Positions 40,839 through 51,000 of a stretch of 64,000 bases of DNA are shown in pieces. A program made the position numbers and the translations under genes. Under the pieces are notes generated by a model. It was not told where the DNA came from and ran no database searches. It saw nothing but the letters and a program-made list of their open reading frames with translations. Position 1 is the first letter of the stretch; every line of letters begins with the position of its first letter. Origin of the DNA: Candidatus Poribacteria bacterium (GTDB taxonomy: Bacteria > Poribacteria > WGA-4E > PCPOR2b); contig OZ240245.1 in the NCBI GenBank assembly GCA_965198175.1, forward strand, positions 2,528,001 through 2,592,000, in the 5' to 3' direction.

Positions 40839-41224
40839 CTAGAATCCTCCACCGATAGACTTTGTGCCTTAAACGATGCTTTTGATAATCGAGACCAGAG
40901 GTACATCGAAACCACACCCAGGAAACCGCCTAGGCAGTCGGCTGTCCAATCCAGAATGCTAACAAATCTTCCAGGAACAAAAGACTGATGCCATTCATCG
41001 CTTGCCGCATAAAGGATAACGAATAGGAAAGAGAAAATCCAAGGAGCGTGACGAAAAATGTGGGATGAAGCATTCACGAATGCGTGTGTAACTAAAAAAC
41101 CGAGGACAGTGTACTCTAGAAGGTGATATAATTTATCAATGAGATGCCAATCTAAATCGGGTATAGGCGGTTTAGATTGTGAAGAAATATAAAAAATCAG
41201 TGTCATGCAGCATAATGGTGGCAA
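40835..41224 (-). CDS. VanZ family membrane protein
   Basis: LIFYISSQ, DKLYHLLEY, DEWHQSFVPGR, DWTAD; the true start may be a few codons upstream. Confidence 0.85.
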   Translation of the reverse strand: MPPLCCMTLIFYISSQSKPPIPDLDWHLIDKLYHLLEYTVLGFLVTHAFVNASSHIFRHAPWIFSFLFVILYAASDEWHQSFVPGRFVSILDWTADCLGGFLGVVSMYLWSRLSKASFKAQSLSVEDSR

Positions 41225-41474
41225 CCAGTATTTTAGAATTCGCAGGATAAAATCCCCTCCAATGAATCGAGTCTCCTGTTAAGGAACAATGTTTAGAAAC
41301 CAATTATAACCTAATCTGATTTTTCGTTGCAAGTTTTTTTGAGCTGTGGAAAACGATAGTTCACGATCTCTTGGATGAAATGTATCGAAACTCACAGAAA
41401 TCATCTACATAGATTGACATTTTAGAATCACTCATGTTAAGAAATCACTCAACAGTATGGCAGGAGGTATGACA

Positions 41475-42131
41475 ATGCGTTTTCACCGTTTATTTTTGCT
41501 ATGTCTGTTTGTAACTGGACTATCAATCCATGGCTGCGGCGATAGCCCATTTATGGGGAAAAAAGAAGATTTCACCGAAGAGCCAATCACTGTGGGAGAC
41601 AATGTAACAATTATGGGAAGCGTGTTGCCAGCCGGGATAACGCCATTAATTGTTGTGCTGAGAAATGGGATAGACTTCAAGAACACCGTCGCCGACGAAC
41701 AAGGGTATTATAGCATACCCAACCTTCCGGCCGGAGAATACAGTGTACAGGTTATCGCGACCGGCTTTTTTACAGACATTTCGATAAACCATTTGGAGCT
41801 GAAGGCAGGAGAAACACATGAGGCAGAGCCGGTGATTCTTATTGCGCGATCGGAATCGGCAACGTTGCTTGGACAAGTTGTCAATAAAGCGGACAACACA
41901 CCTATATCAGATGCTAAGGTTCAAGTTGAGTGTTCAACAGGGGTCTGCGCTCTTTTGAGCACCGTATCGGACCGAACAGGAAAATTCTCAATACAGATCT
42001 GGTCCGGCTTAAGTTCAAATATCAATGTGCGGAAACTCGGCTATCGAATATTGCCAATTCGAGTGAAAGCCTTGAAACCCAATGAGAAACGTGATTTGGG
42101 CAAAATCAAAATGGAGCGCTTGGAACAATGA
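41475..42131 (+). CDS. Lipoprotein with carboxypeptidase-regulatory-like (transthyretin-like) domains
   Basis: Lipobox IHGC, ADEQGYYSIPNLPAGEYSV, GQVV...PISDAKV; AGGAGG RBS. Confidence 0.75.
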   Translation: MRFHRLFLLCLFVTGLSIHGCGDSPFMGKKEDFTEEPITVGDNVTIMGSVLPAGITPLIVVLRNGIDFKNTVADEQGYYSIPNLPAGEYSVQVIATGFFTDISINHLELKAGETHEAEPVILIARSESATLLGQVVNKADNTPISDAKVQVECSTGVCALLSTVSDRTGKFSIQIWSGLSSNINVRKLGYRILPIRVKALKPNEKRDLGKIKMERLEQ

Positions 42132-42310
42132 GAAAAGTCGTCCTCCTTCTACAATTCTGCTCGCCGTTGGCTCCTCGGAAGCTCATCGAGTCAGATTTTG
42201 CCGAAAGCCGTTGAACACAGCCATAGGGAACATACAAGTACAAACTTCCCTGCTGCTCATAAAGATACTCGCCTATTTTCTGACGATTTCTTGTTGTGGC
42301 GGTTGTCTAG

Positions 42311-42664
42311 TCACTTTCTCCGCCAAATGATGCGACCTCGTGTCAAATCGTACGGCGAAAGCTCAACACTCACCTTGTCGCCCGGTAGAATCCTGATGTA
42401 GTTCTTCCTCAACTTTCCAGCGATGTGAGCCAGGACAAGGTGCTTGTTATCCAACTCGACACGAAACATGGCATTCGGCAGAGTTTCCAAGACCGTACCT
42501 TCCACCTGGATTGCGTTGTCCTTCGCTTTCACGTCGGACCTAACTGGATCCTCAGATGTATTGTCGTTCTTGGACTGCATATTTCCTTGTTGGTTCTTCT
42601 GCTTCTGTTTCTTTCTGAACCCGTATTGTGCAGCACGTCTTTTGACGGGTTTTTTTTTCTTCAC
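42311..42664 (-). CDS. infA: Translation initiation factor IF-1, possibly with an N-terminal extension
   Basis: [20 protein letters not shown]...[35 protein letters not shown]. Confidence 0.93.
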   Translation of the reverse strand: MKKKKPVKRRAAQYGFRKKQKQKNQQGNMQSKNDNTSEDPVRSDVKAKDNAIQVEGTVLETLPNAMFRVELDNKHLVLAHIAGKLRKNYIRILPGDKVSVELSPYDLTRGRIIWRRK

Positions 42665-42787
42665 GCGCCTGCGTCTCCTTTGTTGAGGTTAGAAGTTAGT
42701 CGAACACTAAATCGCTCTGCGAAATAGGCTCTGCCTGCTGTGCGTCGCTGGACGCACAGCAGGTAGGCATTTGTACTGCAACCAATA

Positions 42788-43597
42788 TCACTCATCTTCA
42801 AAACTGAAAATTTTCTTGCTTTCGGCCACAAGCTGACGAAAATGACTAACCGCTTCTTGTAGCTGTGATTCCGCATTCTCCCCATCAATACCTGTCGAGA
42901 CCAGATCGACAGGCATGTAGTGACCTTCAGTACGCCGTAAGGCAACGTAAGCTTTCAGATAAACATTAGGATATCTGCTCATGACCTTCTGCAACAGTGG
43001 TGAAATTTCCGATTCAAACATATTCACATAAACGCGCAATTTCACTGCTTTTGCACAATACCGTTCAGCGATGAGAAGCGCAATGTAGCTGTCAAAAATT
43101 GCCTGCATCTCGCTCGGAGGCCCCGGCATCATGAAAATGGTGGACTGATTTTTCGTAACACGGATGCATGGTGCCCACCCGACAGGATTCTGAAAGACAT
43201 CGGCAGTTTCAGGTACAGTCGCCATTTTAATCATCGCTGGACTCACATCGGTGCGACTCGTCAATTGACGTCTTTCCATAAAACCTGCTAAGGTCTCTTC
43301 ATGCACAATCGTTGGTTCGCCGATAATCTTAGCGACAACTTCAACAGTCATATCGTCGGGCGTAGGACCAAGTCCCCCTGTTGTCAGGATAAAATCCGTT
43401 CCTCTGCGAATTGAACCCTCTAATGCTTCCATCATCTCATCAGATTCATCTCGAATCATTGTCACCCTGCGTAGCCTACCGCCCAATTCAAGCATCCGCT
43501 GTGCAATCCAGTACGCATTTGTATCCTGAACTTGGCCCAAAACCAACTCGGTCCCAATCGAGAACAACTCAATGATAGTCGCCTTTTCCACCTTCAC
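42788..43597 (-). CDS. CinA-like molybdopterin-binding domain protein
   Basis: IGTELVLGQVQDTN, TTGGLGPTPDDMT, NPVGWAP, MPGPPSEM; no C-terminal PncC domain. Confidence 0.85.
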   Translation of the reverse strand: MKVEKATIIELFSIGTELVLGQVQDTNAYWIAQRMLELGGRLRRVTMIRDESDEMMEALEGSIRRGTDFILTTGGLGPTPDDMTVEVVAKIIGEPTIVHEETLAGFMERRQLTSRTDVSPAMIKMATVPETADVFQNPVGWAPCIRVTKNQSTIFMMPGPPSEMQAIFDSYIALLIAERYCAKAVKLRVYVNMFESEISPLLQKVMSRYPNVYLKAYVALRRTEGHYMPVDLVSTGIDGENAESQLQEAVSHFRQLVAESKKIFSFEDE

Positions 43598-43709
43598 CTC
43601 CTCACAGACCGCCCGACAAACGCTAATGCTTCATCCCAATAGAATCTTACCTTGCATCAATAACTTCAAGTCCCAATTGGTCTATGCCTATGGTTACCCC
43701 ACCCCGTTT

Positions 43710-45011
43710 TCATGCGTTCAACAAATTCAAAACGAATCCAGTTGCCATCTTCGGATAGAAATATGTTGATTTCTGAGGCATCGTTTCACTAGTCATTGCG
43801 ACTTCATTGATTTGTGAGACTAGCGTGGGATTCATCAGCAACGCGACACGTCCCTCACCACTCTTGGCATAACCGATAGCTTCATCCGTGTCCACAGTAT
43901 AGCTGACCTGTTTTTGATGCGTGGGGATTGTTGTATCAACTCCAAAACTTCCCTTAATCAGGCGAGCGTGTAACAATGTGACATCAAGCCTCCCAGAAAC
44001 AGGTAGTTCTGTTTCTTCGTCGATTCGCGGCACGAGTAGGCGGTAATATTCATCACCTGTATACATACCAAATGCACCGCATCTACCAGCAAGCGCGTGA
44101 AGGTTTTCGAGCAGATCGTGCTGGTTTTTGTACATCGCCACGCTGAAAATTTCCGGAAGCTGATTAATCGCTTGTGTAATCCGGTCGGCGCTCAATCCAC
44201 TGAGGAGCCGGTGGATAGCGAGGACTACCAACCCCGGCGATTCCATGCGAACCAAGTTCATCATCATAAAGTTATAACCCTCTTTACCAGTCCATTCTAA
44301 CGTTTCCACACGAAGTTCATCACGAAAAGCCAGGGCGGTCTCGTAGCGATGATGTCCATCGGCGATGACCAGCGATTTATCTTCGAATCCTGATTGAATC
44401 TCGCGAGTCACTGCTACATCATTTAGCCGCCACAGCCGGTGATTGCTACCAATAACATCGGGAACATCGATCAAAGGCGGGCTTGATGAAGTAAAATGCG
44501 CCATGGCATTTTCGATTGCGCCCTCTGCATCGGAATATAACAGAAAGATTGGACTTAAGTTGGTGTGACACGCACGCATCAGTTTAAGTCGATCCGCTTT
44601 TGGTGCAGCAAGAGTCCTTTCGTGTGGAAAAACCATCCCTATCCCGAAAGGTTCCAATTTTCCAACACCTATCAACGCCCGGCGAGTATGCCCTTGCCCA
44701 TCAGGGGTCGTGAACGATTGATCGTAGACGTAGTAGCTCGGAGATGCATCTCGTATCAGAACACCCTCAGAAATCCAGTTTCTCAGGATTGTCGCCGAAC
44801 GGGTGTACTGATTATCCGCTTCTGTATCTCTTTCGCATGGCTGGCTCAAAATGAGGCGAACGACATTGTTAGCGTGTTGGTGTTCCAGCGTAATCCGCTG
44901 TTCATCTTTGATAACATCATAAGGCGGCGCAATCACCTGTCCGATGTCGCCGATTTTTTCAGGGTTAAAGCGCAACCCGCAAAAAGGTAAGATTTCCACG
45001 TTTAATCCCAC
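43710..45011 (-). CDS. DUF1015 family protein
   Basis: APPYDVI, PHERT, IADGHHRYETA, MPQKSTYFYPK. Confidence 0.9.
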   Translation of the reverse strand: MGLNVEILPFCGLRFNPEKIGDIGQVIAPPYDVIKDEQRITLEHQHANNVVRLILSQPCERDTEADNQYTRSATILRNWISEGVLIRDASPSYYVYDQSFTTPDGQGHTRRALIGVGKLEPFGIGMVFPHERTLAAPKADRLKLMRACHTNLSPIFLLYSDAEGAIENAMAHFTSSSPPLIDVPDVIGSNHRLWRLNDVAVTREIQSGFEDKSLVIADGHHRYETALAFRDELRVETLEWTGKEGYNFMMMNLVRMESPGLVVLAIHRLLSGLSADRITQAINQLPEIFSVAMYKNQHDLLENLHALAGRCGAFGMYTGDEYYRLLVPRIDEETELPVSGRLDVTLLHARLIKGSFGVDTTIPTHQKQVSYTVDTDEAIGYAKSGEGRVALLMNPTLVSQINEVAMTSETMPQKSTYFYPKMATGFVLNLLNA

Positions 45012-45931
45012 AATCTCGTGCTGAAATACCGTTCCCCGAGATCATTGAAAATTGTAACAATAGTCCCGTTTCGAATCTGCTTAGCGACTTCATAAGCGCC
45101 TTGCAGATATCCACCCGAGGACTGCCCAACGAACCAGCCACACTTTGCTAGCCGGCTGCACATTTCATACGCTTGATCAATCGTGACAGGGATCTTGCAA
45201 TCAATTATGCTTTCATCAAGAATCTCTGGAACTATATTCCCAGGCTTTCCCAGCGGCTTGAGACCTTCGATACCGGGAAACTCGTCGGGAGCGATACAAC
45301 AGATCTGAATTTCTGGGTTGTATTTCTTGAACCGACGCCCAATACCAGTGATTGTACCGCCTGTGCCAACACCAGCGACAAAATGAGTCACTTTTCCACC
45401 GGTCTGTTCCCAAATTTCTACCGCTGTTGTGTCATAATGCCCACGCCAGTTGTTTTCGTTTCTGTACTGATCCGCCATGTAATATTTCCCAGGAGACGCC
45501 TCATAGCGGCGAAGCGCTTCGCGAAGTGCTTCATCATATCCGTGAATCGCGTCGGTGTAAACAATTTTCGCTGCGTGTGCTTGAATCCGTTTTTTCCGCT
45601 CCTCACTAGCATTGCTGGGAATCACAAGTTCAACCCGATAACCCAAAACCGCCCCAATCATAGCGTAGGCGATCCCTGCGTTCCCAGAGGTTGAATCCAA
45701 AATAATTTTGTCTGATGTCAATTCTCCGGCTAGAACTGCTTCAGTCAACATTCTTAGTACAGGGCGATCTTTAATGGAGCAGCCTGGATTATACATCTCC
45801 GCTTTCGCATAGATATCTACCCCGGGAAACTCATCGGCAAAAAGATCGATTTTAACAAGGGGCGTATTTCCAATCTGTTGAAGGAGTGGATAGTTCGAAA
45901 GATTAAAAGAACAAGCGGACCGTCTACTCAT
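45002..45931 (-). CDS. Cysteine synthase family PLP enzyme (CysM-like)
   Basis: IGNTPLV, NPGCSIKDR, STSGNAG, GVGTGGT, GERYFS. Confidence 0.88.
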   Translation of the reverse strand: MSRRSACSFNLSNYPLLQQIGNTPLVKIDLFADEFPGVDIYAKAEMYNPGCSIKDRPVLRMLTEAVLAGELTSDKIILDSTSGNAGIAYAMIGAVLGYRVELVIPSNASEERKKRIQAHAAKIVYTDAIHGYDEALREALRRYEASPGKYYMADQYRNENNWRGHYDTTAVEIWEQTGGKVTHFVAGVGTGGTITGIGRRFKKYNPEIQICCIAPDEFPGIEGLKPLGKPGNIVPEILDESIIDCKIPVTIDQAYEMCSRLAKCGWFVGQSSGGYLQGAYEVAKQIRNGTIVTIFNDLGERYFSTRLWD

Positions 45932-46089
45932 TTAAAATTTTGCGCTCCTTCTTTAGCCACTCTTCCGGCAAGTTTGTTGTTAAGGTCAACAGTTTCAAGT
46001 TCCGATAGACGCCTCAAAAAGAAAATGATAAAGTTTAGGGAAAGAAGCATCAGGGATAAAATGACGATTGGACCTTATACACTGAAACA

Positions 46090-46872
46090 TCACACAAGAG
46101 GATCATCAAGCGTTCCTATCAAACTTGCTAGATAATCGCGATCTCTTTGCAAGGCTTCTAACTTGTCATCACCGTGAACAAACTCGACTTCAATATAGCC
46201 GTCATATTCGTGCGAGTTTAGGATTTCAATGACTTTCGCGTAATCCACAACGCCGTCTGTAATTGGACAACCGTTTCCACTCGCATCAGCATTTTGAGCA
46301 TGCACATTGACAATATAAGAAGCAAGTTTTTGCGCAGCGTCGTATGGGTCATCTTCACTCGATCCGAACAAGGGCTGATAGTAGGTTTTAAGGGCTTGCA
46401 GTTTAACATTCTCGACAAGTTCAAGGGTACTGGCGATACTGTCCGTTAAATTGTTGTTATGCATTTCCAATCCTAGTGTGAGTTGACGAAATTGCGCCCA
46501 CTGGGTGAGACTAGCCAAACGGAAATTAATCAAGCGTTTGTCATCAGGGCTCATCGTTTTTGAAGGACCACCCCCTGACCAGATTCGCACAAGATTGGTT
46601 CGTAGCCCTTGTGCAATCTTGAAAGCTTCCTCTAAATGCTGCTGATACCAGGGCATAAGCGGGTTAACATAAGATCCCAGCGCGGAGACCGCTAAACCCT
46701 TAGCCAGTACCATTTCTCTTACTTTTTGCACGTATTCCGCATTGTAAGTTGGTGGCATGTGCGGTTCTTGCCCCCAGATTTCGATCCCATCAAAACCGTA
46801 ATCCGCAGCGATGTCAACTACCTCCTCTAGAGGTTTCTCTTGAAAAGCAATCGTGCACAAACCTAACTTCAT
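46090..46872 (-). CDS. Sugar phosphate isomerase/epimerase (AP endonuclease 2 / TIM barrel)
   Basis: MKLGLCT, GFDGIEIWG, LEMH, YDGYIEVE; start at ATG 46872. Confidence 0.85.
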   Translation of the reverse strand: MKLGLCTIAFQEKPLEEVVDIAADYGFDGIEIWGQEPHMPPTYNAEYVQKVREMVLAKGLAVSALGSYVNPLMPWYQQHLEEAFKIAQGLRTNLVRIWSGGGPSKTMSPDDKRLINFRLASLTQWAQFRQLTLGLEMHNNNLTDSIASTLELVENVKLQALKTYYQPLFGSSEDDPYDAAQKLASYIVNVHAQNADASGNGCPITDGVVDYAKVIEILNSHEYDGYIEVEFVHGDDKLEALQRDRDYLASLIGTLDDPLV

Positions 46873-47064
46873 CGCAAACCTGCCTTCCCTCTGTTCGCTG
46901 TATGTTGACACATATCTGTATTCAAAAGCATACCACAAACAGAATCATCTTTCAACTGAAAGTTAGAAATTTCATTCACTTGACAGCGGTCAAGTAACGA
47001 TAACGGCGCGAAGCGATGCTCAAGTGTCTGAGGTTTAAACCAGCAACATGTACGCGCTTGTAAC

Positions 47065-48129
47065 CTAGGAAGCTTTAGGTAGAGTGATTCCTCGCTCACC
47101 GTAGACCGTTCTGAGTTGACCGCAGGCCGCAGCGATGTCTTTGCCTTTGCTGAAACGGATTGGAGCGATATAGCACTTCTTCGCAACAACCCGGCGAAAT
47201 CGTTCGATTCGATCGGGTTCCGGGCAATGAAACTCGGAGTCTTCGATTTCATTGAAGGGGATCAGATTCAGCTTGCACGGCAAACGACTCATGAGTCTAC
47301 AGATGCGTTGGGCGTCTTCAATCGCATCGTTCACATCTCGAATCAGGACATACTCCAACGTAACGGGGTTTCCAGATGCCAATGTCCACTCCCGCGCAGC
47401 GTTGAGCACATCATCAATTGGGTATTTCGCATTAATTGGCATGAGTTGAGTGCGGACTTTATCCGTTGTAGCGTTCAGTGAAAGCGCGAGTTGACATTTC
47501 AGCCCCTCTCTGGCGAATTGTCGTATGCGAGGGACTAAACCGACAGTTGAAACTGTGATTCGCCTCTCGGATAACGCCAACCCCTCCGCGTGAGTCATCA
47601 GGCGCACCGCATTTAGGGTTTGATCGTAATTGGCAAGCGGTTCTCCCATGCCCATAAACACGACATGAGTTACGGTTTTTTTGCCTTCCAACTCGCGTTG
47701 GATTACCACCAATTGTTCTAAGATTTCAGCAGTTGACAGGTTACGGAAGAATCCCATCTTTCCTGTCGCGCAAAAATCGCATGCCATTGCACAACCCACC
47801 TGCGAAGAAACGCAAACTGTAATGCGACTTCGATCAGTCATCAGAACGCTTTCGATGCGGCTCCCATCTGCCAGTTCAAAGAGATATTTGACAGCCGAAT
47901 CTGTATCGGAAACTGCCCGAGCACAAACCCGGATACCACTTATACAAGCCACTTCCTGCAATTTATGTCTAAATGTTCCGGGCAGATTCGTCATCGACTC
48001 GAAGGTGATTGCACGCTGATGGTACAGCCATGACATCAATTGTTTAGCACGATATTTTGGCTCTCCCCAGCGCACTACCAAATCTTCCAACTCAAGAAGT
48101 GACAAGCCTTTCAAGTTTACCTTACTCAT
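47065..48129 (-). CDS. rlmN: 23S rRNA/tRNA m2A methyltransferase RlmN
   Basis: CVSSQVGCAMACDFCATG, VFMGMGEPL, EYVLI, NLIPFN, DIAAACGQL; the start could be 48147 or 48165. Confidence 0.95.
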   Translation of the reverse strand: MSKVNLKGLSLLELEDLVVRWGEPKYRAKQLMSWLYHQRAITFESMTNLPGTFRHKLQEVACISGIRVCARAVSDTDSAVKYLFELADGSRIESVLMTDRSRITVCVSSQVGCAMACDFCATGKMGFFRNLSTAEILEQLVVIQRELEGKKTVTHVVFMGMGEPLANYDQTLNAVRLMTHAEGLALSERRITVSTVGLVPRIRQFAREGLKCQLALSLNATTDKVRTQLMPINAKYPIDDVLNAAREWTLASGNPVTLEYVLIRDVNDAIEDAQRICRLMSRLPCKLNLIPFNEIEDSEFHCPEPDRIERFRRVVAKKCYIAPIRFSKGKDIAAACGQLRTVYGERGITLPKAS

Positions 48130-48157
48130 TTGTAAGTCCTGTTTTGTCATACCCTTC

Positions 48158-49603
48158 TCATCCATCGAGTTTTTGCTTCAAAAACTGATTCACCAGTTGT
48201 GGATTAGCCTCACCTTTGGTGGCTTTCATCACCTGCCCGACGAGGAAGCCAAGTGCTTTCTTTGTGCCGTCTCGGTAACCTTGGGCGGGACCTGCATGCT
48301 CCTCAATAATTCGATTGACAATCGCTTCAATCTCTGACGCATCTGTAATCTGCGAAAGCCCTTTTTCCTTGACGATTTGTCCTGGCGCTTTCCCGGTTTC
48401 AAAAACATCAACTATCACCTGTTTAGCAATCTTGCCGCTGATGGTTCCATCTTTAATCAGCTTTATCATTTCGCTGAGATGGGCAGGCGTCGCGATAGAA
48501 TCCTGAATCTCAATTCCTGCACTGTTCAGCAACCCCGACAAATCGCCCATTATCCAATTGCTGCTCGCTTTTGAATCGCCGCTCAGGCGCGTTGTCTCAT
48601 CGAAAAAGTCCGCCATTTGCCGCGTCGTGGTGAGAAAGGCAGCGTCGTATGCAGGAATTTCGTATTCTTCCACAAAGCGTCTGCGCCGATCGAATGGAGC
48701 TTCCGGTAACGTCGATTTGGTTCGTTCAATCTCATCTGGATTAGCCTCAAACGGCACAAGATCTGGCTCCGGGAAATAGCGGTAATCGTGAGCCTCCTCC
48801 TTGCTACGCATAGCCGAGGTCTTGCCAGTATTAACATCAAACAAGAGGGTGTTTTGCTCGACTTCACCTCCCCCATCAAGGATCATTGCATGGCGTTTTT
48901 GTTCATATTCTAAGGCAGTCAGTACATGTTGGAATGAATTCTTATTCTTCAATTCTGTCCGTGTTCCCAATTCTTCGCTGCCAACCAGACGCAAAGAAAT
49001 GTTCGCATCGCACCGGAAGTTGCCCTCTTCCATATTACAATCGCTAACTTCAATGTATTCCAGAATTTCCTTGACACTGCGCCAATAGGCGACTGCCTCC
49101 GATGGCGATTTCAAATCCGGTTCACTCACAATTTCCAACAGAGGGACGCCTGCACGATTGAAATCGACATAGCTCTGATTCGGATTCCCTGTCACATCTG
49201 CATGAACAAGTTTGGCGGCTTCTTCCTCCAAGTGAATTTGATGAATACGGACGCGATGGATTTCTTGAGCAAATTTAAAATCGACATAACCCTTTGTGGC
49301 AAGCGGAAAGTGTTTCTGTGAGATTTGGTATCCTTTTGGCAAATCCGGATAAAAATAGTTCTTCCGATCGAATTTACTATGAGTAGCAATCTCGCAATTC
49401 ATCGCCAACGCAGCGCGAATTGCAAATTCGATTGCTCGCTCATTCAATACAGGCAATATGCCTGGCATACCTAAACAGATTGGACAAGTTTGAGTATTTG
49501 CCGCGGTCCCAAACTTCACTTCACAGTTGCAGAAAAGTTTGCTTTTTGTCGACAACTCGGCATGAATCTCCAGGCCGATTACGGACTCATATTTGTTCGC
49601 CAT
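48158..49603 (-). CDS. gatB: Asp/Glu-tRNA amidotransferase subunit B
   Basis: IGLEIHAEL, RKNYFYPDLPKGYQISQ, NRAGVPLLEIV, DYRYFPEPDL, GQVMK. Confidence 0.97.
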   Translation of the reverse strand: MANKYESVIGLEIHAELSTKSKLFCNCEVKFGTAANTQTCPICLGMPGILPVLNERAIEFAIRAALAMNCEIATHSKFDRKNYFYPDLPKGYQISQKHFPLATKGYVDFKFAQEIHRVRIHQIHLEEEAAKLVHADVTGNPNQSYVDFNRAGVPLLEIVSEPDLKSPSEAVAYWRSVKEILEYIEVSDCNMEEGNFRCDANISLRLVGSEELGTRTELKNKNSFQHVLTALEYEQKRHAMILDGGGEVEQNTLLFDVNTGKTSAMRSKEEAHDYRYFPEPDLVPFEANPDEIERTKSTLPEAPFDRRRRFVEEYEIPAYDAAFLTTTRQMADFFDETTRLSGDSKASSNWIMGDLSGLLNSAGIEIQDSIATPAHLSEMIKLIKDGTISGKIAKQVIVDVFETGKAPGQIVKEKGLSQITDASEIEAIVNRIIEEHAGPAQGYRDGTKKALGFLVGQVMKATKGEANPQLVNQFLKQKLDG

Positions 49604-49968
49604 GTCTTACTCCCAATACCGCGAAATGCACACTACGTAAAATACAGAACAATGGGCTAACCTAACCCACAAATTCATTCGGTGTTGGCGTACCAGCTAC
49701 TCTTGTTATGTTCAAGCGCGCGTAGTTGTACCAAAGTTCAAAGATGCGAATCGACAGAAACATATTCATTCCGCGCCTGACAAGATCCGTAATCCCACTG
49801 CCGACGATTGACTCAACTCAGGCGACAACGCCATCAGCCACATAGTAAACCGGCGTCTTCCTTTTCGTTTGAATTGTGATACCTAGTTAAAAGTAGTTTA
49901 ACCGAATACGATTATGTCAACGGCAGGAACGGGCAATTTCATGAGCTGTTTTATTTTAGGATTCGCCT

Positions 49969-50409
49969 TCAAATCGCAGATTGCTGATTGAAGTAGACTG
50001 GATCCGGTTTAACCCACTCTTCTCCGCCATCTTCCCAAACCTCGCGCTTCCAAATAGGGACGATTTGCTTGAGGCGATCCATGGCGTATTTGCAAGCTTC
50101 AAATCCATCTTTGCGGTGCGGCGCGGATATGGCGACTGCAACACTGACCTCGCCAATTTTGAGACGCCCGACACGGTGAATCATAGCAACACGATCCAAT
50201 CCCCATTTTTCATAAATCTCGCGAGCAATCTCTGCCATTTTCTTTTCCGCCATCGGCGGATAGGCTTCGTATTCAAGGTAGGAGACTTTGCGTCCGCCCG
50301 TGTTGTCCCGCACAATGCCTAAAAATGGCACAATCGCGCCGGCATCTTCTGCTTTGACCGCATGGATAACCTCATCGGGAGTAATAGCTTCGTTGGTAAT
50401 TTTAAACAT
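49969..50409 (-). CDS. moaE: Molybdopterin synthase catalytic subunit
   Basis: GIVRD, LEYEAYPPMA, HRVG, SAPHR, PIWKRE. Confidence 0.93.
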   Translation of the reverse strand: MFKITNEAITPDEVIHAVKAEDAGAIVPFLGIVRDNTGGRKVSYLEYEAYPPMAEKKMAEIAREIYEKWGLDRVAMIHRVGRLKIGEVSVAVAISAPHRKDGFEACKYAMDRLKQIVPIWKREVWEDGGEEWVKPDPVYFNQQSAI

Positions 50410-50656
50410 CCTCGCCTCCTGTAACCGGCGGAATCAATGCAACTTCGTCTCCATCTGAGAGTTTGGTCTGTTCCGTAGCATATTCCCAATTCACAGACAT
50501 CTGCATCACCTCGTAGTATTCTGGAAATTCGGGCCATTCCTCTTCGAGTCGCTTCAGGATGTCCATCAAGACGGCTCCGTCTGGCAATTCCATCTCTTCT
50601 TCGTCCCGATTGAACATTTCTCGGCACACGGCAAAATGTTTTACTTTAACTTTCAT
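50402..50656 (-). CDS. moaD: Molybdopterin synthase sulfur carrier subunit
   Basis: VKHFA, SVN, DGDEVALIPPVTGG; the GG is followed by an extra EDV. Confidence 0.88.
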   Translation of the reverse strand: MKVKVKHFAVCREMFNRDEEEMELPDGAVLMDILKRLEEEWPEFPEYYEVMQMSVNWEYATEQTKLSDGDEVALIPPVTGGEDV

Positions 50657-50812
50657 AATTTTCCTTACCCATCAAGAATTTTGGAATCAATATCCGAGAT
50701 TCAAGCGACGCATCCAGCACATCGTTTAGAAAAACACATGAAATGCTCAAGATATTATACCTTAAGGCGCATCCTGAAAACAAAGCAAAATCCGACCTGT
50801 CCCAAATTGCCG

Positions 50813-50841
50813 TTGACATGAATTGAACGCTCTGCTAGAAT
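50813..50841 (+). promoter_or_regulatory. sigma70-like promoter for pncB
   Basis: TTGACA-17 nt-TAGAAT with an extended TG. Confidence 0.65.
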
Positions 50842-51000
50842 TAATTCTACACCGCCTTCATAAACATGAGATATCAACCAACCGATGAAAGAAACGTCTG
50901 CACATCACGATTGGCATATTCGCCCAATTAACTTGAGACATATTGGGAAATACGCTCAATTATCCTGATATGGTAACGCAAAACACTGGAGTTCGCCTCA

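Noticed and set aside
49604..49968. ncRNA (e.g. 6S) upstream of gatB
   Set aside because: Several short hairpins exist (49694-49728, 49774-49824) but no long rod structure or known consensus could be supported by eye.
50657..51000. Moco or NAD-type riboswitch between moaD and pncB
   Set aside because: Only promoter-like motifs were seen; no aptamer consensus was recognised.
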